Positions 61,977-64,000 of a stretch of 64,000 nt of DNA are shown piece by piece. The notes under the pieces are model-generated. The model did not search any database and was not told the DNA's origin. It was given only the letters and a program-made list of their open reading frames with translations. The stretch is from an uncultured delta proteobacterium. Its GTDB lineage: Bacteria; Desulfobacterota; Binatia; Binatales; Binataceae. A program made the position numbers and the translations under genes. The DNA lies in assembly GCA_963711565.1 (NCBI GenBank), contig CAVQEQ010000003.1:928001-992000 (forward strand), read 5' to 3'. Every line of letters begins with the position of its first letter. The stretch's first letter is position 1.

Positions 61977-62435
61977 TTACCCGGGGTCCGGCTCATCGAG
62001 GCGTAACTCCTCAGGTGTTGGCATGCTCTGCAACGATTCGTGGTAGTGAATTATCTTCCATGCGCCGTCGACTTTCCGGACAACGAAGGTTTGCCTGACA
62101 TTTCCGCTGTATGCGTCCGGAAGGTTGTGCACCACCATCGTGAAATCGTTAGTGCTGTAAGCGTAGCCAAAATCTCCGAAGACACTGACCCAAAGGCCGC
62201 TTCGATCCCATTTGGTGACTCGTACTATGAGTTTGGTCAGCACTTCGCGGTAGTAGTGCTTGATGTGCAACCAGCTCGTTAGCGGCTTGGGAAATTCCTC
62301 GGCTTGATACACCAAGCCGTCGTAGGTTGAGTCCCAACAGTCACGCAAAGTATTGAAGTCCTTCACCTTGAAGGCACTTATCCAACGATCCAGTAGCGAG
62401 GTAATTTCCTTCTTAGCTTGATTGATGTCGCTCAT
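61977..62435 (-). CDS. SnoaL/NTF2-like protein
   Basis: YQAEE...IKHYY...RQTFVVRKVDGAWKIIHYHES. Confidence 0.82.
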   Translation of the reverse strand: MSDINQAKKEITSLLDRWISAFKVKDFNTLRDCWDSTYDGLVYQAEEFPKPLTSWLHIKHYYREVLTKLIVRVTKWDRSGLWVSVFGDFGYAYSTNDFTMVVHNLPDAYSGNVRQTFVVRKVDGAWKIIHYHESLQSMPTPEELRLDEPDPG

Positions 62436-62782
62436 TGAATTGCCTCTACCCCGCTGAGCAGGCTTTCGGTGTATTCCTCCGCGGTGATGGTTTTACCGAC
62501 GTAGTTCACTTGGTCGAAATATACGTTCCAACCGAGCCGCTCGAGTCGCTCCGACAACTCGATCACCAGATCCATGCTGGGCATCTGCCAATAGGCGAAG
62601 ACGTCCCATCCGCCCTCGGAGAGAGCTCGACAGCGATGGATTCCCAGCAGCTTCGCGCCCTTATCGAACATGGTTTGGAGCACGGCCTGCGCTCTCAGAT
62701 GAAATTCGTGCTTATGAGCTTGAGTCAGCTCATGCCATCCGGGTCGTGGCCTCCAGATCTCGACCAAGCTGAATGTCGCCAT
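62432..62782 (-). CDS. DUF6616/darcynin-like dimeric alpha-beta barrel protein
   Basis: LVEIWRPRPGWHEL...FAYWQMP...GWNVYFDQVN; AGAGGAAAGG RBS. Confidence 0.55.
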   Translation of the reverse strand: MATFSLVEIWRPRPGWHELTQAHKHEFHLRAQAVLQTMFDKGAKLLGIHRCRALSEGGWDVFAYWQMPSMDLVIELSERLERLGWNVYFDQVNYVGKTITAEEYTESLLSGVEAIQ

Positions 62783-62838
62783 GCCTTTCCTCTTTGGGCT
62801 TTCCGCGAAGCGCCAAGTTGGTGAGTCGACATTGCCAG

Positions 62839-62854
62839 AGCAATCTGCGTGCCC
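62839..62854 (-). promoter_or_regulatory. Sigma-54 (-24/-12) promoter of the island operon
   Basis: Minus strand reads GGGCACGCAGATTGCT, i.e. GG-N10-GC matching TGGCAC-N5-TTGC; about 55 nt upstream of the first gene and next to a sigma-54 activator. Confidence 0.8.
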
Positions 62855-62989
62855 GGCGTGAGGCGGGAGTATCGTCCTTGGAGGCAAACCGGTTTCCTTG
62901 ACATAGAATCCAGAAGATTGCTATCGAGCAGGGAGGCGCACCTCAGAACCAGATCAATTTTGAATCAATTGTTACGGAGCAGTTGTAAT

Positions 62990-64000
62990 GTGTTGACATT
63001 TGATCAGCGCGTAGTATCTCGACTCTGGGAAAGATTCATGTCGGGGATCGAGAACGCAGACCTCCAACCGTTGCGACCCGAGGTGCGAGAGTCATGGTTG
63101 CGAAGTAGGGCGTACGGCTTAAGTCCGGAAAAGTGCAAAGCTCCCAGAGTTCTAGAAGATGATGTTCTCAGCCGACTCCAGTCAGAGAGCATCTTAAGTC
63201 AGGTTTGCTCTCCGATTCTCGATTTCACGTTTGATGCGCTCAGAGATCTTCCCAATGTTCTTCTGCTAGTGGCAGACGCCCAAGGTCGAATTCTTCAGTT
63301 TGTAGCTGGTCCACGTGCGCAGACCGCCGCCGAAGAGATAAACGCGATTTCGGGAGCCTGCTGGACTGAGGAACTGATGGGCACGGACTCACTCGCGTGC
63401 TGTCTTCGCCTCCAGCGTCCAATATCAATAGTGGGGTTTGAGCATTACATTCAGGTGGGACAAAACTGGGCCGGGCACGCAGCTCCCATAAGAGACTTGT
63501 TCTCCAACCGCCTTGCTGGGATCGTCTGTATTTATGGATTCCAGGAAGAAGCTCACGCCAAGGCTAAGGCACTGATCGCAAATTGCGCTCATCTGATTGA
63601 GAGAAGCCTTCACTCGAAATCGGCGAACGCCCGGCTCTTACTGTACGAGAACTACGCCTCGGCTCGCGATCGATACAAGTCTGAAGCGTGTCTTGCTATC
63701 ACCGCTGACTCTCTGCTGCTGAGAGCGTCGCCAGAGGCCTCCAAGCTCTTAGGAATCCCGCTCGGCTCACCGCGATCCTTATCCAGTCTGGTGGAGATGA
63801 ATCTGGTCGCTCCGGAAACCACGCTCTCCCGCTCGACCGATAGGATTGCCTTGCGCGGACGCGCAGGATTTACCGGTCTGGCTCAGTTGTTTCCGGTCGT
63901 CAATGAAGGAACCGTCGCCGGATATATTGCCATCATGGATAGCTTGCAACGGCCGGCTGGTGCTAACTCTCCATGGAGGCCGACCTACGCTTTTGCTGAC
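62990..64000 (+). CDS. AcoR-type GAF-domain sigma-54-dependent transcriptional activator (3' end beyond window)
   Basis: Open frame from GTG 62990 to the edge, absent from the ORF track: LWERF...LRPEVRESWLRS...ADAQGRIL...GACWTEELMGTD...GFEHY...AAPIRD...YAFAD; the AAA+ domain is expected next. Confidence 0.85.
   Translation, partial: MLTFDQRVVSRLWERFMSGIENADLQPLRPEVRESWLRSRAYGLSPEKCKAPRVLEDDVLSRLQSESILSQVCSPILDFTFDALRDLPNVLLLVADAQGRILQFVAGPRAQTAAEEINAISGACWTEELMGTDSLACCLRLQRPISIVGFEHYIQVGQNWAGHAAPIRDLFSNRLAGIVCIYGFQEEAHAKAKALIANCAHLIERSLHSKSANARLLLYENYASARDRYKSEACLAITADSLLLRASPEASKLLGIPLGSPRSLSSLVEMNLVAPETTLSRSTDRIALRGRAGFTGLAQLFPVVNEGTVAGYIAIMDSLQRPAGANSPWRPTYAFAD

Larger units (their letters stand above)
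35228..64000. mobile_element. tRNA-fMet-anchored accessory island (right boundary beyond window)
   Basis: Abrupt loss of housekeeping genes, lower GC by eye, IS elements and gene fragments begin right after the tRNA. No integrase or duplicated tRNA 3' end was seen in the window. Confidence 0.65.

Noticed and set aside
48047-62782. Interpretation as a lux (bioluminescence) or rut (pyrimidine) operon
   Set aside because: No luxC/D/E; no RutB/RutD/RutF equivalents, and the Rid proteins lack the Arg present in RutC

Overview
Bacterial window with two parts. Bases 1-35227 are a GC-rich, mostly housekeeping backbone: SplB-like radical SAM, murI, secA, argJ, an M23 peptidase, ruvX/mltG, a MoxR-DUF58-BatA-VWA operon, grpE-dnaK-dnaJ, aroE, pyrE, a type III PKS with its methyltransferase, two VapBC pairs, and a thiolase/DUF35 pair. 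Gene style suggests a Deltaproteobacteria-like lineage such as Ca. Binatota (inference only). This part ends at an initiator tRNA-fMet (35151-35227). Downstream lies a visibly less GC-rich accessory island. It begins with about 1.2 kb of att-like debris, then two same-orientation IS21 copies bracketing a large secreted Cys-rich G8/CEMIP-like protein and a truncated methyltransferase. It continues with a ~15 kb, 17-gene minus-strand cluster preceded by a sigma-54 promoter, with a divergent AcoR-type GAF activator. The cluster encodes three luciferase-like monooxygenases sharing an SEQHF motif, two SnoaL proteins, two Arg-less Rid proteins, DUF1302/DUF1329/RND envelope proteins, a dienelactone hydrolase and an aldehyde dehydrogenase. 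It is the best candidate for an undescribed uptake-and-oxidation system. All family assignments are by motif recognition without database searches.
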